A DNA stretch of 64,000 nt, from contig CAZEDL010000006.1 in the NCBI GenBank assembly GCA_964510885.1, forward strand, positions 12,531 to 76,530, in the 5' to 3' direction. Position 1 is the stretch's first letter, and each line of letters opens with the position of its first letter. Source of the DNA: an uncultured Gammaproteobacteria bacterium (lineage in GTDB: Bacteria; Patescibacteriota; Patescibacteriia; Magasanikbacterales; GWA2-37-8). The notes below the pieces were generated by a model that was not told the DNA's origin, did no database searches, and saw only the letters and a program-made list of their open reading frames with translations. Positions 26,119 to 36,042 of this stretch are shown here, in pieces. The translations under genes and the position numbers were made by a program.

Positions 26119-28236
26119 ATGAAACCATCCGCCCCCATCACCATCCTCCCTGGTGTTGGCAAAAAAGCCGCTGACCTCCTGCATCGCCTGGGCGTCTACA
26201 CCCTTCAGGATTTATTGTATTACTTCCCATTCCGCTACGAGGACTACCGTACGATCACTCCGATTGCGAATCTCGCCAATGAAAGTTCAGTCACCATCAA
26301 AGGCAGAATTGAACTGATTGCCAACAAGCGCTCACCGCGGCGGCGCCTAAATATTACTGAAGCCTTGGTGAGCGACGGCACTGATGAAGTCAGGGTCATC
26401 TGGTTCAATCAGGCCTTCTTGGCTAGCGCTCTGCAGCCTGGTGACGAAGTTTTTTTGGCGGGAAAAATAAAGCACGATCTGCTCGGTTTGCAGCTCCAAA
26501 GCCCGCTCTATGAAAAGATATATCCGGGCCGCGAGGCGAGCTATAGTGCCCGGCTCTTGCCAGTATACCCGCTCACGAGCGGAATTACTCAAAAACAAAT
26601 GCGCAGCTTCGTGGTTGCCGCCTTGCCAGCCGCCGACGAAATTATCGATTGGCTACCACCACCCATCCGCACTGCGGAAAAATTACCCACCCTCACTGAG
26701 GCCTTGCGGGGAGTGCACTTTCCTAAAACTGATACCGAACGCACCGTAGGTACGGAACGTCTTAAATTTGACGAGTTGTTTTTGGTTCAACTCCAGGCGG
26801 TGCAGGCGCACTTGGCGCGCGCCACGCACCCGGCCCCGGCTATGGACTTTAAAGAATCTGATATTCGGTCATTTGTCGCCTCACTGCCCTTCACCTTGAC
26901 CCCAGCCCAAAAAGTGGCCGCCTGGGAAATTATGCAAGATATGGGTCGATCACTCCCGATGAATCGCTTGCTTTCAGGTGATGTTGGTTCAGGTAAAACC
27001 GTCGTAGCGGCCATGGCCCTCTATCTTGCTACCCTCCACGGCTATCAGGGAATGATCATGGCGCCGACAGAAATTTTAGCGATGCAGCATTATAGCTCGC
27101 TGCAGCGATTACTCGGAAAGTTTGCTCCGGTTGGGCTGCTTACCGGCAGCACCTGTGCGATTTCGACCAATGATTTGCCGGGCACGAGCAGGAAAGCCGC
27201 TAAAGAAGACTGGCAGCGCCGTTTTAGAGACGGGCAGATTGCAGTTGCTATTGGTACGCACGCACTCTTATCACCTGATGTCACTGCCCGCCGCCTTGGC
27301 CTGGTGGTAGTCGATGAACAGCATCGCTTTGGCGTTGATCACCGGCGGACAATTAAAGAGAAAGGGGAGACCGTACATTTTCTAAGCATGACGGCCACGC
27401 CAATCCCGCGCACCCTGGCACTAGTATTCTATGGCGATGTGGCACTCTCGACTATTCGCACCTTGCCCCCGGGTCGTAAGCCAATTATCACGCGACTAGT
27501 GGAACCAGGGAAGCGCAGTGACGCCTATCAATTTATCAGGCAACAGGTTCAAGCTGGTCGCCAGGTGTTTGTAGTCTGTCCACTTATCAGTAGCACACCT
27601 CCCGACGAATCACCCGAAGCCGAACGTATTTTGTTTACCACTGCCCCGCTGACTGCAGAAAAAAAATCAGTGCTGAGTGAATATAAAAAATTATCCGAAG
27701 AAATTTTCCCGGATCTTAAGGTGCGGTATTTACACGGTAAGATGCCATCGGCAGAAAAAGATACTATCATGCAGGATTTTAAAGAGCGTAAATTCGATAT
27801 CCTAGTATCAACCTCAGTAATTGAAGTTGGTGTGGATGTTCCAAATGCGAGCGTGATGATGATCGAAGGCGCTGATCGTTTTGGTCTGGCGCAGCTGCAT
27901 CAATTCCGGGGCCGTGTGGGTCGCTCCGATCATCAGTCATATTGCTTTTTATTTACCGATGTTGGCGCTCGCCCAATCTGGGAACGACTCCAGTTTTTTG
28001 CCAGCCATAGTAATGGTTTCACGCTGGCGGAAAAAGATTTAGAAGTGCGGGGCCCCGGGCAAGTGTATGGCGTCGCGCAGAGCGGCCTCATGCAGCTGCG
28101 CCTGGCAAAAATTGGTGACACTGAATTAATCACTCGCGCTCGGGCTGCGGCCGAGCAGGTTGCGGAGCGCATATCACAGTGGCCGCTGCTTAAAAAGCAC
28201 CTGCGAACAGTAGGGGAGGCAATTCATCTCGAATAA
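26119..28236 (+). CDS. recG: ATP-dependent DNA helicase RecG
   Basis: Wedge domain, helicase motifs (GDVGSGKT, DEQHRFG, QLHQFRGRVGR). The track's GTG start at 26068 overlaps the terminator, so the ATG at 26119 is preferred. Confidence 0.9.
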   Translation: MKPSAPITILPGVGKKAADLLHRLGVYTLQDLLYYFPFRYEDYRTITPIANLANESSVTIKGRIELIANKRSPRRRLNITEALVSDGTDEVRVIWFNQAFLASALQPGDEVFLAGKIKHDLLGLQLQSPLYEKIYPGREASYSARLLPVYPLTSGITQKQMRSFVVAALPAADEIIDWLPPPIRTAEKLPTLTEALRGVHFPKTDTERTVGTERLKFDELFLVQLQAVQAHLARATHPAPAMDFKESDIRSFVASLPFTLTPAQKVAAWEIMQDMGRSLPMNRLLSGDVGSGKTVVAAMALYLATLHGYQGMIMAPTEILAMQHYSSLQRLLGKFAPVGLLTGSTCAISTNDLPGTSRKAAKEDWQRRFRDGQIAVAIGTHALLSPDVTARRLGLVVVDEQHRFGVDHRRTIKEKGETVHFLSMTATPIPRTLALVFYGDVALSTIRTLPPGRKPIITRLVEPGKRSDAYQFIRQQVQAGRQVFVVCPLISSTPPDESPEAERILFTTAPLTAEKKSVLSEYKKLSEEIFPDLKVRYLHGKMPSAEKDTIMQDFKERKFDILVSTSVIEVGVDVPNASVMMIEGADRFGLAQLHQFRGRVGRSDHQSYCFLFTDVGARPIWERLQFFASHSNGFTLAEKDLEVRGPGQVYGVAQSGLMQLRLAKIGDTELITRARAAAEQVAERISQWPLLKKHLRTVGEAIHLE

Positions 28237-28249
28237 AAATTATAAAAAT

Positions 28250-28281
28250 AAAAATCGCCTCGAGTGGGCGATTTTTATTTT
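28250..28281. terminator. Bidirectional terminator AAAAATCGCC-tcgagt-GGCGATTTTT between recG and radA
   Basis: Seen in sequence. Confidence 0.7.
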
Positions 28282-28287
28282 GAAATA

Positions 28288-29625
28288 TTAAGCCAAGGTA
28301 ATCAACTCTTTAATATTAGTTACTCCGATTAGTTTCACATTTTTAGAGGTCGGAGATTTGGTTGGTAACCTGGTAATCACCCGTTTAATGCCAAGTAGCT
28401 CACATTCTTTGAGTCGTTTTTCAAGTTGTGCCACTGCCCGAATCTCACCACCAAGTCCGACTTCGCCCATGGCTACGAGATCAGCGCCGGCCGGTTTGTC
28501 TTTATACGCGCTTGCAACCGCCAATGCAACCGCCAGGTCGGCTCCTGGTTCGGCTGCATCAATGCCGCCAACTACGTTGATATGGACATCGTATTGCTCA
28601 AGTTGTAGCCCGGCACGCTTTTGCAGCACTGCAATCAATACGTGGAGACGGTTCAAATCAAATCCGCTTGCTTTTCGCACTGGGTAACCAAAGCCAGTGC
28701 GTGTCACGAGTGCTTGCACTTCAACTAGGAGCGGCCGTGTCCCTTCCATCAGGCAGGTCAAAATGCTTCCGGGCACATGCTCACCGCGCTCCGCAAGGAG
28801 TGCGGCCGACGGGTTAGATACTTCGCTAAGGCCCGTGCCAGTCATTTCAAGCACGGCCACTTCATCGGTCGCTCCAAAGCGATTCTTCACTGCCCTGAGC
28901 AAGCGATAGTGTCCGCGCCGCTCACCTTCCACATATAGCACTGTATCCACCAGATGTTCGAGAGTCTTTGGCCCGGCTACGGAGCCTTCTTTGGTGACAT
29001 GCCCAATAATGATGAGAGCGATGGTGTTTTGTTTAGCCACTTCGAGGAGTTTGGTGGTACAGGCGCGTACTTGGGTCATCGCCCCTGGTTCACCTTCCAC
29101 TTCATTCGAAGAAATAGTTTGAATTGAATCAATGATCGCTACGGGTGGACGCTCTTTTTTAAGCGTAGCAATAATTGTTTCGACATTTGATTCGGCGGCC
29201 AAGCGCAGTGTGGCCGGCGGCACGCCCAGTCGGTCAGCACGGAGCTTTACTTGTTGCACGGATTCCTCTCCCGAAAAATATAAGCTGTGCGGTAATGCTA
29301 ATGCCAATTGCAGAGCGAGTGTTGATTTGCCGATACCAGGTTCGCCACCAAGTAGGGTCAAGCTGCCTGGCACAATGCCGCCGCCAAACACCCGCCCGAC
29401 TTCACTCTGCGAGAGTTTCAGGCGCTGCATTGTTTCATGCTTAATGTCGGTGAGGCTGCTCAATTGTGCCGGAGCGACGGCTGAGCTGTCTGCACCAGAT
29501 CGGCTGGCAGAGGGCACCGGCTCTTTGCCGATCGTGCCCCATTTACCGCACTCTAAACAGCGCCCAATCCATTTAGTGAATTGGGCGCCGCAGTTAGAAC
29601 AGATGAAGAGCGTGGTCTGTTTCAT
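28288..29625 (-). CDS. radA: DNA repair protein RadA (Sms)
   Basis: N-terminal zinc finger CSNCGAQFTKWIGRCLECGKW, RecA-like ATPase GGEPGIGKST, and a Lon-protease-like C-terminus. Confidence 0.95.
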   Translation of the reverse strand: MKQTTLFICSNCGAQFTKWIGRCLECGKWGTIGKEPVPSASRSGADSSAVAPAQLSSLTDIKHETMQRLKLSQSEVGRVFGGGIVPGSLTLLGGEPGIGKSTLALQLALALPHSLYFSGEESVQQVKLRADRLGVPPATLRLAAESNVETIIATLKKERPPVAIIDSIQTISSNEVEGEPGAMTQVRACTTKLLEVAKQNTIALIIIGHVTKEGSVAGPKTLEHLVDTVLYVEGERRGHYRLLRAVKNRFGATDEVAVLEMTGTGLSEVSNPSAALLAERGEHVPGSILTCLMEGTRPLLVEVQALVTRTGFGYPVRKASGFDLNRLHVLIAVLQKRAGLQLEQYDVHINVVGGIDAAEPGADLAVALAVASAYKDKPAGADLVAMGEVGLGGEIRAVAQLEKRLKECELLGIKRVITRLPTKSPTSKNVKLIGVTNIKELITLA

Positions 29626-29627
29626 AC

Positions 29628-31007
29628 TTATTTTTTGTCCACGTATACGGCCGTATTAAACGATTCTAGAACTTGTTCTGGCGTCATTGTCATGATTCGC
29701 TTATTTTTATTCGATCCCGGATCATTCACTCCAATTGTCTTGTCGTTAATATATCCAGTCAAAACCACATAGTGCCCTTGGTAGGTTTTTCCCGGCAGCC
29801 CATCTTTATTAAGGCCGTTGCACGGGGCGCAGTTGAAGACGATCGGTTTACCTTGCTTTAAGAGGCCTAAAATTTCGCCTTTTTTAATCACCTTGCCAGT
29901 GAGATTTTTCCACGGCCAACCATTTTTGAGGGTGCTTGGCTGCCAGGCGCCGGTGCAACCGAGCCCCCATTTACCGGTATCAAGCGGGGTGACTGATTCG
30001 CCATAAAAAGCCAATACCATCGCGAGGCTCGTCGATCCGCAGCCGCGTCGTTGGATAGTAGTGCAATCAGTGCGGCCGACCTGCGATTCTGGAAGTGGCC
30101 AGCCCTTGTCGCCTGGTTTCATCTTGGCCCACGGCCCCTCCCACTGCGCAAAATAAGGGACATTTTGATTGCCGGTTTGCGCATCCGCCGACCCGTCTCG
30201 AGCTGGTTCATCGGCCTCATCAACGAAAATTGGCTTCTCTTTGATATAGGTGATCTTTAAAAATTTAAAATTGGTCAAATCAGGATTCACCGTATTTAAA
30301 ATTGTGAATGACCCCCACAGTATGCATAGGCCAATAATAACCTCGCCAATTTTTTGGAGCCCCTCACTTTTCATGTCTCCGCCTCCCGATATTGCGATCA
30401 TAATGCCATAACGAATCACCATGATTACCGCCACAATACTGCCAACTGCCAGTGCATATTTGTAAATCGCTATCAAGTATTCGCCTAACCACGGAACCGG
30501 TGCTGCTCCGTCGGCATCTAGGGAGCCGTCAGTTTTGCTAAATAATAAACCAGGTATGCGAATGGCGGTCCGAGGCGGTTTCAAATCTTTGGCGATTTCC
30601 GTATAGATTTTCTCGTCTTCTGTGGCTTGATTATTTTTTTCCAGACAATCTTTGAGGGTGGGGAAGCGGGGTTTATCGATGCATTTTTCTGATTCAGTGA
30701 AGCCTGCTAGACACTGGTCGCCATACAGACAAAACCCTGATGATAAGACACTATTTTTCTGATCCTCGCAAAGTTGCATCTCAGAGTAAGCTTTGATGAA
30801 CTGCTTTTCAGGATCAAGAGATTCGTCAGCGCACTTATATTCAAATAGCTGCGTCGTACAGACCGCTTCACTTTTTTCCCGGTAGGCTGATAGGCAATAA
30901 TACGTTGCCGCCGATGGCCGAGCGAATCCAAAAATGCCAACCATGGAACTAAGTACAAACAATAAGCCAAAGACGATCCGTCGGCTGGAAAAGAAGTGGT
31001 TAAACAT
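29628..31007 (-). CDS. Cys-rich extracytoplasmic protein with a central two-helix membrane hairpin and a C-terminal C39-like (papain-fold) peptidase domain
   Basis: Signal/TM N-terminus and a Cys-rich N-domain. A central hydrophobic hairpin carries SGGGDMK. The C-terminal RRGCGSTSLAMVLAFYG...GHYVVLTGY...NDP resembles C39 peptidase Cys/His/Asp motifs. Confidence 0.55.
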   Translation of the reverse strand: MFNHFFSSRRIVFGLLFVLSSMVGIFGFARPSAATYYCLSAYREKSEAVCTTQLFEYKCADESLDPEKQFIKAYSEMQLCEDQKNSVLSSGFCLYGDQCLAGFTESEKCIDKPRFPTLKDCLEKNNQATEDEKIYTEIAKDLKPPRTAIRIPGLLFSKTDGSLDADGAAPVPWLGEYLIAIYKYALAVGSIVAVIMVIRYGIMIAISGGGDMKSEGLQKIGEVIIGLCILWGSFTILNTVNPDLTNFKFLKITYIKEKPIFVDEADEPARDGSADAQTGNQNVPYFAQWEGPWAKMKPGDKGWPLPESQVGRTDCTTIQRRGCGSTSLAMVLAFYGESVTPLDTGKWGLGCTGAWQPSTLKNGWPWKNLTGKVIKKGEILGLLKQGKPIVFNCAPCNGLNKDGLPGKTYQGHYVVLTGYINDKTIGVNDPGSNKNKRIMTMTPEQVLESFNTAVYVDKK

Positions 31008-31015
31008 GTAGAAAA

Positions 31016-31675
31016 TTAAGGGGTGATAAACGACTCAAGCAGCTGGGCAAGATCAATATCTTCCTTCAAGTTTATCCATCGATTATTAATAAAAATTGTA
31101 GGATACTCGCTAATCCCAAGCTGCTGGTTAAAAGCTATCGCCGCGGTTATATGTTGCTCCGCTTCAGTCCCGGTGGCACAGCTCCACCAGGTATTCATCG
31201 GTAGTTGCAGTTGTTCGCCTGTGCGTTTCACTAACGGTTCATCGAGGTGGCTTTTTTTAGCAGCAAAAATCGCGGTCACAAATTCTGAAAAACGGCCAAT
31301 TTTTCCGGCGCAGTATGCCGCCTGATGGGCGAGAGTATTAGATTTGAGAAACAGTTTTTGTTCCGGCGCATGTTTGAAGATCAAACGAGCATCTTCGGGG
31401 TGGTTTGAAACAAAATCGGCGAGCACCATATGAATCTCGCCGCACCGGCTACAGCCGAGATCGGAAAATTCCATAATAGTGAGTGGTGCGCCAGGATTGC
31501 CGAGAACCGGCTCGGTAGCTTCGCCTGGAATGAATACCGATACGGGGCTAATGAGTGGGGCAGTCGACGGCCGAGTAGTAATCGACCAGGCCCGTTTGAT
31601 TTGCTGGATGAGTAAAACAGCAGCTCCCACGATCAAGAGGCATAAGATGAAAATCATTTTTTTATGGTGGGTCAT
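31016..31675 (-). CDS. Membrane-anchored thioredoxin-fold thiol:disulfide oxidoreductase (DsbA-like)
   Basis: An N-terminal TM helix and the CxxC active site (CSRC) in a thioredoxin-like context. Confidence 0.7.
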   Translation of the reverse strand: MTHHKKMIFILCLLIVGAAVLLIQQIKRAWSITTRPSTAPLISPVSVFIPGEATEPVLGNPGAPLTIMEFSDLGCSRCGEIHMVLADFVSNHPEDARLIFKHAPEQKLFLKSNTLAHQAAYCAGKIGRFSEFVTAIFAAKKSHLDEPLVKRTGEQLQLPMNTWWSCATGTEAEQHITAAIAFNQQLGISEYPTIFINNRWINLKEDIDLAQLLESFITP

Positions 31676-31717
31676 AGGGTGAAAGTCAAGGGGGCTTCCG
31701 TAAAGGGTCGATAGGAA

Positions 31718-32953
31718 TTATAGTTTGGCCTCAAATACACCGCGTTGGGAAGGGTCGGTAAATAATACGCGGTTATTATTTTTATCGTAAGAAATGCTGT
31801 TAATATGATAGCTGCTGTCATCGCCGAGCGGGATCGATGTCTTAAGGCCGGTGCGGAGGTCAATTTTATACAAATCATCATAACTGCCAGCCGCTGCTTC
31901 TGGGGTCATGCCGGCTCCGACTGGCAAATCACGGGGCACAGCGCAAAATAAGGTGGTATCGTCCCCAAAGCTGCATTTGTCGGCCCAGGTATTAAGTTTC
32001 AGGCTCCGGCGGCTAGCACCAATATCGTCCCCGTAGGCGCTTGCAATCCACAATTCTGGTTTGAATTCAGTGCGTGCACTATCGACGCTGTATAGCAATT
32101 GTTTGCCGGTAGGCGACCATTTCGGTTGAAAATCAAGTCCTTCTACAATGAGTGATTTAAAATTTTCACCGTTCAAACCCACCAATAATACTTCGCGCCG
32201 ATCAGCCCCAAGGGGCTGGCCGGTTTGTGATAATGCCACGGTTTGGCGGCTCGGCGACCAATCAACCGTGACTTTGTCGCCATTGTCACCAAGAGGCTCA
32301 ATTGGAATAGTGCCACTACCGTCATCGTTGGTAACAATTAGCCAGCGATTTTCTGGCGACAAGCCCATGCTTTTGGAAGCAAATTGACTGCTGTCTGGCG
32401 AGAAAGAAAAATCTTCCCAGTGCTTAGGCAAGGTAACTTGCTGCTTAGTATTAAAATTATACAGAATTTTAGAGCCGTCCGGATATTCGAGGACTGCTTT
32501 GTCACTAGTATTAGCCCAGGTCACCTTGTCTACATTATAGAATTGCTGTTCGCTGAGAAGTTTGACGCTGCCATCTGCATTTAGTTTGTAAAACCGTCCA
32601 TCGCCGGCGTTCTCATAGCGCAGATTATTGTTGGTATCAAGCGATGGTGATTTGGTGATTACATCAAGCACTCGCGATACCGGTACCGGAGCATAGAAAC
32701 TCGGAGACGGGGTTGGGATCGGCCCTGCGGTAGGAAGGCCTGAATCTGGAGTAGGGGTGCCGCCGGGGTTAGGCGTAGAGGTGCGCGGCAGGGCACCCGG
32801 GAATTGGCTTCCCGGTGTAGGTTGAGCTCCTGGAATCTGGCCTGCATTCGGTAGTACCCCTTTCACAAAAAATAAGTAATAAATCCCAAACGCCAACAAG
32901 CCGGCAATCGTCAGAACCAGCAGCAGAAGTAAGATTTTTTTGAGCGGTGACAT
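31718..32953 (-). CDS. Membrane-anchored TolB-like (PD40) beta-propeller protein with a Pro-rich linker
   Basis: An N-terminal TM helix, a P/G/T-rich low-complexity linker and repeated S(P)DG...(V/L)A propeller blades. Confidence 0.55.
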   Translation of the reverse strand: MSPLKKILLLLLVLTIAGLLAFGIYYLFFVKGVLPNAGQIPGAQPTPGSQFPGALPRTSTPNPGGTPTPDSGLPTAGPIPTPSPSFYAPVPVSRVLDVITKSPSLDTNNNLRYENAGDGRFYKLNADGSVKLLSEQQFYNVDKVTWANTSDKAVLEYPDGSKILYNFNTKQQVTLPKHWEDFSFSPDSSQFASKSMGLSPENRWLIVTNDDGSGTIPIEPLGDNGDKVTVDWSPSRQTVALSQTGQPLGADRREVLLVGLNGENFKSLIVEGLDFQPKWSPTGKQLLYSVDSARTEFKPELWIASAYGDDIGASRRSLKLNTWADKCSFGDDTTLFCAVPRDLPVGAGMTPEAAAGSYDDLYKIDLRTGLKTSIPLGDDSSYHINSISYDKNNNRVLFTDPSQRGVFEAKL

Positions 32954-32965
32954 ATGGCCAAAGAG

Positions 32966-33394
32966 TTAACTTTTTTTCTTAATTGCGTCGATGCGGTGCT
33001 TGTTTTTAAGGAGTAGATGAAAATCGTAGATCAAAGCAATTATTGGCGGGATTAGAAGCAGCCACCATAAAGAAAAACAAACACTCGTTACAGCAATAGC
33101 TTTGCGTAAGTCAGTGGAAATATTTTTAGCGTTTTTTAAGGTGTCTTTTGTTTTTTGTGCCACTGATTCAGTCTGGGTTTGTGCGTTAGCTTGGGCTTTG
33201 GCTGCCTCTAGTCGACTGGCCCATTCACGTTCTTCCCATTCATGCTCGTCCCATTCGGCCTCTTCCTGTTGTTTTTGCAGTGCTTCCTCTCGCCCTCTTT
33301 GTTGCTGTTGCAGTTCTTCTTGTCCTCGCTGGTTAGAGGGTGGAGTTTTTGATGCTCCTCCGGTACCATTTTTTGATGGGGTGCCTGATGCCAT
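32966..33394 (-). CDS. Hypothetical Q/E-rich coiled-coil protein with a C-terminal TM helix
   Basis: ORF; compositional features only. Confidence 0.4.
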   Translation of the reverse strand: MASGTPSKNGTGGASKTPPSNQRGQEELQQQQRGREEALQKQQEEAEWDEHEWEEREWASRLEAAKAQANAQTQTESVAQKTKDTLKNAKNISTDLRKAIAVTSVCFSLWWLLLIPPIIALIYDFHLLLKNKHRIDAIKKKS

Positions 33395-33395
33395 A

Positions 33396-35960
33396 TCACT
33401 TGATAATCCAGGAACGGTTATCTCGCTTTAACTGATAGCTCGATTTAATCTTTTTTTGGCCGAGCACGTCAGAGAGTAACCGTTCGATCGTGCCCCTGAC
33501 CGTGCGTCGCACATCGCGAGCCCCCCGCGTGTCTTTCGGTAATTCGGATAGTAATTGTTCCAGTAGCCGCTGGTCAGCTTTAAGCTCGGTATGGTAGGCA
33601 TCAAGCCGACTATTGAGTTGTCTGATTTCAAGTTCAGCAATGCGGACTAAATCAGCCGATGTCAGCGGGTTGAATAGCAGAATTTCATCCAGCCGATTCA
33701 GGAGCTCTACCGAAAAGAACTCTTTTAGTCTGTCCCGAAGGCGCGAGTCGCGCTCCGAGCCGTTTTCGGCAGCACCTCCAAACCCGACAGCTCCTTTCTT
33801 GGCGTCTTCCGTGCCAAATGAGGTAGTTAGTATGAGTATAGCATGTTTTAAAGAAATTTTCTTGCCCGTAGCATCGGTAATTTCGCCATTTTCAAGCATT
33901 TGTAATAGTAGCTTGGTAACTTCTTTATGGGCTTTGTCGATCTCATCAAACAAAATAACACAATGCGGATTGAGTTTGATTTTGTCAGTGAAGCGATTGC
34001 TTTCTTTGTACCCCACATAGCCAGCCGGGGAGCCGAGCAGCTTTGATACGCCGAAACTTTCATTAAATTCACTCATGTCGAGTTTGATTAGTGCTTCTCG
34101 CCCTGGATACAGCGTACTCGCTAATTGTTTGGCTAGTTCAGTTTTGCCAACACCGCTTTCACCCACAAATAAAGCCGAAAACAAAGGTCGCTCGGGATGC
34201 GATAAGCCGAGTTGAGCTTGGTAAATATGCTGGGCCAACGAACGCACCACTTGATTCTGGCCTACAATCTTGGTGAGCAGAGTGTCTTCTAAGGTATGCC
34301 AATCCCGGTTGTTCTGATGGCGTAATTCCGCCGGTGAGGTATGGATAATCCGGGCAACTTGTTCGAGGATATCTTGCTCCGTGATACTGCCGAGCAGCTT
34401 CACTTTTTTACCGGCTTTATTAGCTTTTGACTGTTTTATTTTTTCTTCAGCTTCTTTGATTTCGGCCTGCAACTGATCTTCTAATTCTTTTTGTTTTACC
34501 GCTTCGGCAAACCGGTCAGTGCTAGCCGCTTCTTCTTTGGCCAAAATAGTTTTTTCAAGCCGCTGCTGCAGCCGCGCTAGCTTGGTGTGCCAGGATGACG
34601 ATTTAATGGTTAGGCGTTTTGCTGCCGCGGTTTCATCGAGCAGATCGATAGCCTTGTCCGGCAAAAATTTATTGCTGATATATCGATCCGACAAGCGCAC
34701 TGCCATTTCTACAGCCGCATCGCTAATACTGAGTCCGTGATAGGTTTCGTAGTTTTCTTTGATACCCTTTAGGATGGCGACAGCGTCGGTGAGGCTTGGC
34801 TCTGGTACGGTCACTGGCTGAAAACGCCGCTCTAACGCCGCATCGCTTTCAATATATTTTTTAAATTCCGCCGGCGTGGTCGCCCCAATACAGCGCACAT
34901 TGCCGCGTGATAGAGCCGGTTTCAAAATATTTCCCGCATCCATGGTGCCCTGATTCGAGCCGGCCCCCACGATATTGTGAATCTCATCGATAAATAAGAT
35001 GATGTTCGGATTGGCGTTCACTTCTTCCATTACCTGCCGGAGGCGCGCTTCAAATTCACCGCGATAAATGGTGCCAGCGATGAGGAGTCCCATATCGAGC
35101 GCGTAAATTTTTTTATTCAGTAGGCTGTCTGGTACTTCTCCGGCCAGAATTTTTTTGGCCAATCCTTCGACAATGGCTGTTTTGCCGACTCCGGGCTCGC
35201 CAAGCAGAACTGGATTATTTTTGGTGCGGCGCGACAGAATTTGGATCACGCGTAAAATTTCTGCCTCGCGGCCGATCACCGGGTCGATATTTTTTTGTAA
35301 ATCAGCGCGCGTCAGGTTGGTGGCAAAAAAATCGAGCGCATTATCTTTGCCTCTGCCTTTGGGGGCTAATCCGTGATGATGATTGTGGGGGGTGTTATTC
35401 TCGAGTGGGGGCATATTGTCGGGCAGATGATCCTGGATATGCTCAACTACATCCGCCACTTCGGTCAGGCGAGGGAATTGGGTGGCGTTCGACAGCACCG
35501 TTCCAAGTTGTTTATCGACTTCAGCGGGCTTTACTCCATTAACTGATAACAGATCCATCACCACGCGATCATTAAGCTGAATCAGGCCGGACAACAAATG
35601 TTCAGTGCCAATATAGGTATGCTGGTTTGATTCCGCTACCACCATCGCTTTTTCGAGCGCCACCTTAGACGCTTCGGAGAGCGGTGGCAGTTCTTTTTCT
35701 TTGACTCCGCTGAGGCGCGAGTCGCGATGTGAAGGGGTGGTGTAAATAGCCTGCTCCAGAGTTTTGGCAGTAAGCTTGAACCGGCTAATGATTTCGGCTC
35801 CCACCGATCCTTTTTGCCCGGATAAGGCAAAAAATAAATGAATCGGTTCCACTCTTGCGGCACGCACTTCAACTGCCACCCGGATACCCCGGGCGAGGGT
35901 TTCTTTGAGATGGGTAGAAAATCGGTCTAGTAGATGCATACGCGGCCTAGAAATATTCAA
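33396..35960 (-). CDS. clpB: Clp-family AAA+ chaperone (ClpB/ClpC-like), two AAA+ modules
   Basis: Clp_N repeats, NBD1 [15 protein letters not shown], a long coiled-coil middle domain, NBD2 [12 protein letters not shown], and sensor-2/ClpB_D2-small motifs; 854 aa. Confidence 0.88.
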   Translation of the reverse strand: MNISRPRMHLLDRFSTHLKETLARGIRVAVEVRAARVEPIHLFFALSGQKGSVGAEIISRFKLTAKTLEQAIYTTPSHRDSRLSGVKEKELPPLSEASKVALEKAMVVAESNQHTYIGTEHLLSGLIQLNDRVVMDLLSVNGVKPAEVDKQLGTVLSNATQFPRLTEVADVVEHIQDHLPDNMPPLENNTPHNHHHGLAPKGRGKDNALDFFATNLTRADLQKNIDPVIGREAEILRVIQILSRRTKNNPVLLGEPGVGKTAIVEGLAKKILAGEVPDSLLNKKIYALDMGLLIAGTIYRGEFEARLRQVMEEVNANPNIILFIDEIHNIVGAGSNQGTMDAGNILKPALSRGNVRCIGATTPAEFKKYIESDAALERRFQPVTVPEPSLTDAVAILKGIKENYETYHGLSISDAAVEMAVRLSDRYISNKFLPDKAIDLLDETAAAKRLTIKSSSWHTKLARLQQRLEKTILAKEEAASTDRFAEAVKQKELEDQLQAEIKEAEEKIKQSKANKAGKKVKLLGSITEQDILEQVARIIHTSPAELRHQNNRDWHTLEDTLLTKIVGQNQVVRSLAQHIYQAQLGLSHPERPLFSALFVGESGVGKTELAKQLASTLYPGREALIKLDMSEFNESFGVSKLLGSPAGYVGYKESNRFTDKIKLNPHCVILFDEIDKAHKEVTKLLLQMLENGEITDATGKKISLKHAILILTTSFGTEDAKKGAVGFGGAAENGSERDSRLRDRLKEFFSVELLNRLDEILLFNPLTSADLVRIAELEIRQLNSRLDAYHTELKADQRLLEQLLSELPKDTRGARDVRRTVRGTIERLLSDVLGQKKIKSSYQLKRDNRSWIIK

Positions 35961-36042
35961 GAAATCAGTCTATTTATGGACATTAGACGCTCGTTAGTAT
36001 ACAATTTTTTTACCGCTAAGTCAAAATGAAATTTCTATCAAT

